Assembly: GCA_000934665.2 (NCBI GenBank)
Contig: KZ538326.1
Location: 62,001-85,834 of the forward strand
Reading direction: 5' to 3'
Length of the DNA: 23,834 bases
Source of the DNA: Catajapyx aquilonaris
Lineage: Eukaryota
Shown: one piece after another, positions 23,801 to 23,834 of the stretch
Layout of the letters: each line of letters opens with the position of its first letter
Numbering within the stretch: the first letter of the stretch is position 1
Made by a program: the position numbers and the translations under genes
Notes under the pieces: generated by a model
The model's input: the letters and a program-made list of their open reading frames with translations, nothing else
Told to the model about the DNA's origin: nothing
Databases searched by the model: none

Positions 23801-23834
23801 GGCCCAACATGGCCGCCGGCGGCCATGTTGGGCC
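23801..23834. repeat. Perfect 34-bp palindrome of two inverted CAACATGGCCGCC (YY1-like) motifs
   Basis: ggcccaacatggccgcc/ggcggccatgttgggcc. It runs to the window edge, so it may be longer. Confidence 0.9.

Overview
Eukaryotic (metazoan-type) draft genomic DNA with two small N gaps. It is essentially non-coding: no ORF in the supplied track can be confidently assigned to a protein family. The repeat style suggests an invertebrate deuterostome such as amphioxus, but this is inference only. The best-supported content is mobile DNA. There are two full-length tRNA-Arg(ACG)-like SINEs with perfect 18- and 17-bp target-site duplications, which share head and core but have unrelated 3' tails. Also present are a 128-bp pogo/Tigger-type MITE, a lone Tigger-like end, an ~870-bp foldback structure with a Harbinger-like fragment in its spacer, a Helitron-like 5' end with (CTGT)n and a ~63-bp tandem repeat, and a hairpin-anchored ~115-bp minisatellite. 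A CpG-rich promoter/first-exon-like region at ~14.7-15.5 kb points to a minus-strand spliced transcript with candidate downstream exons, and a second candidate minus-strand exon/promoter lies at the right edge. Gene models are low-confidence hypotheses.
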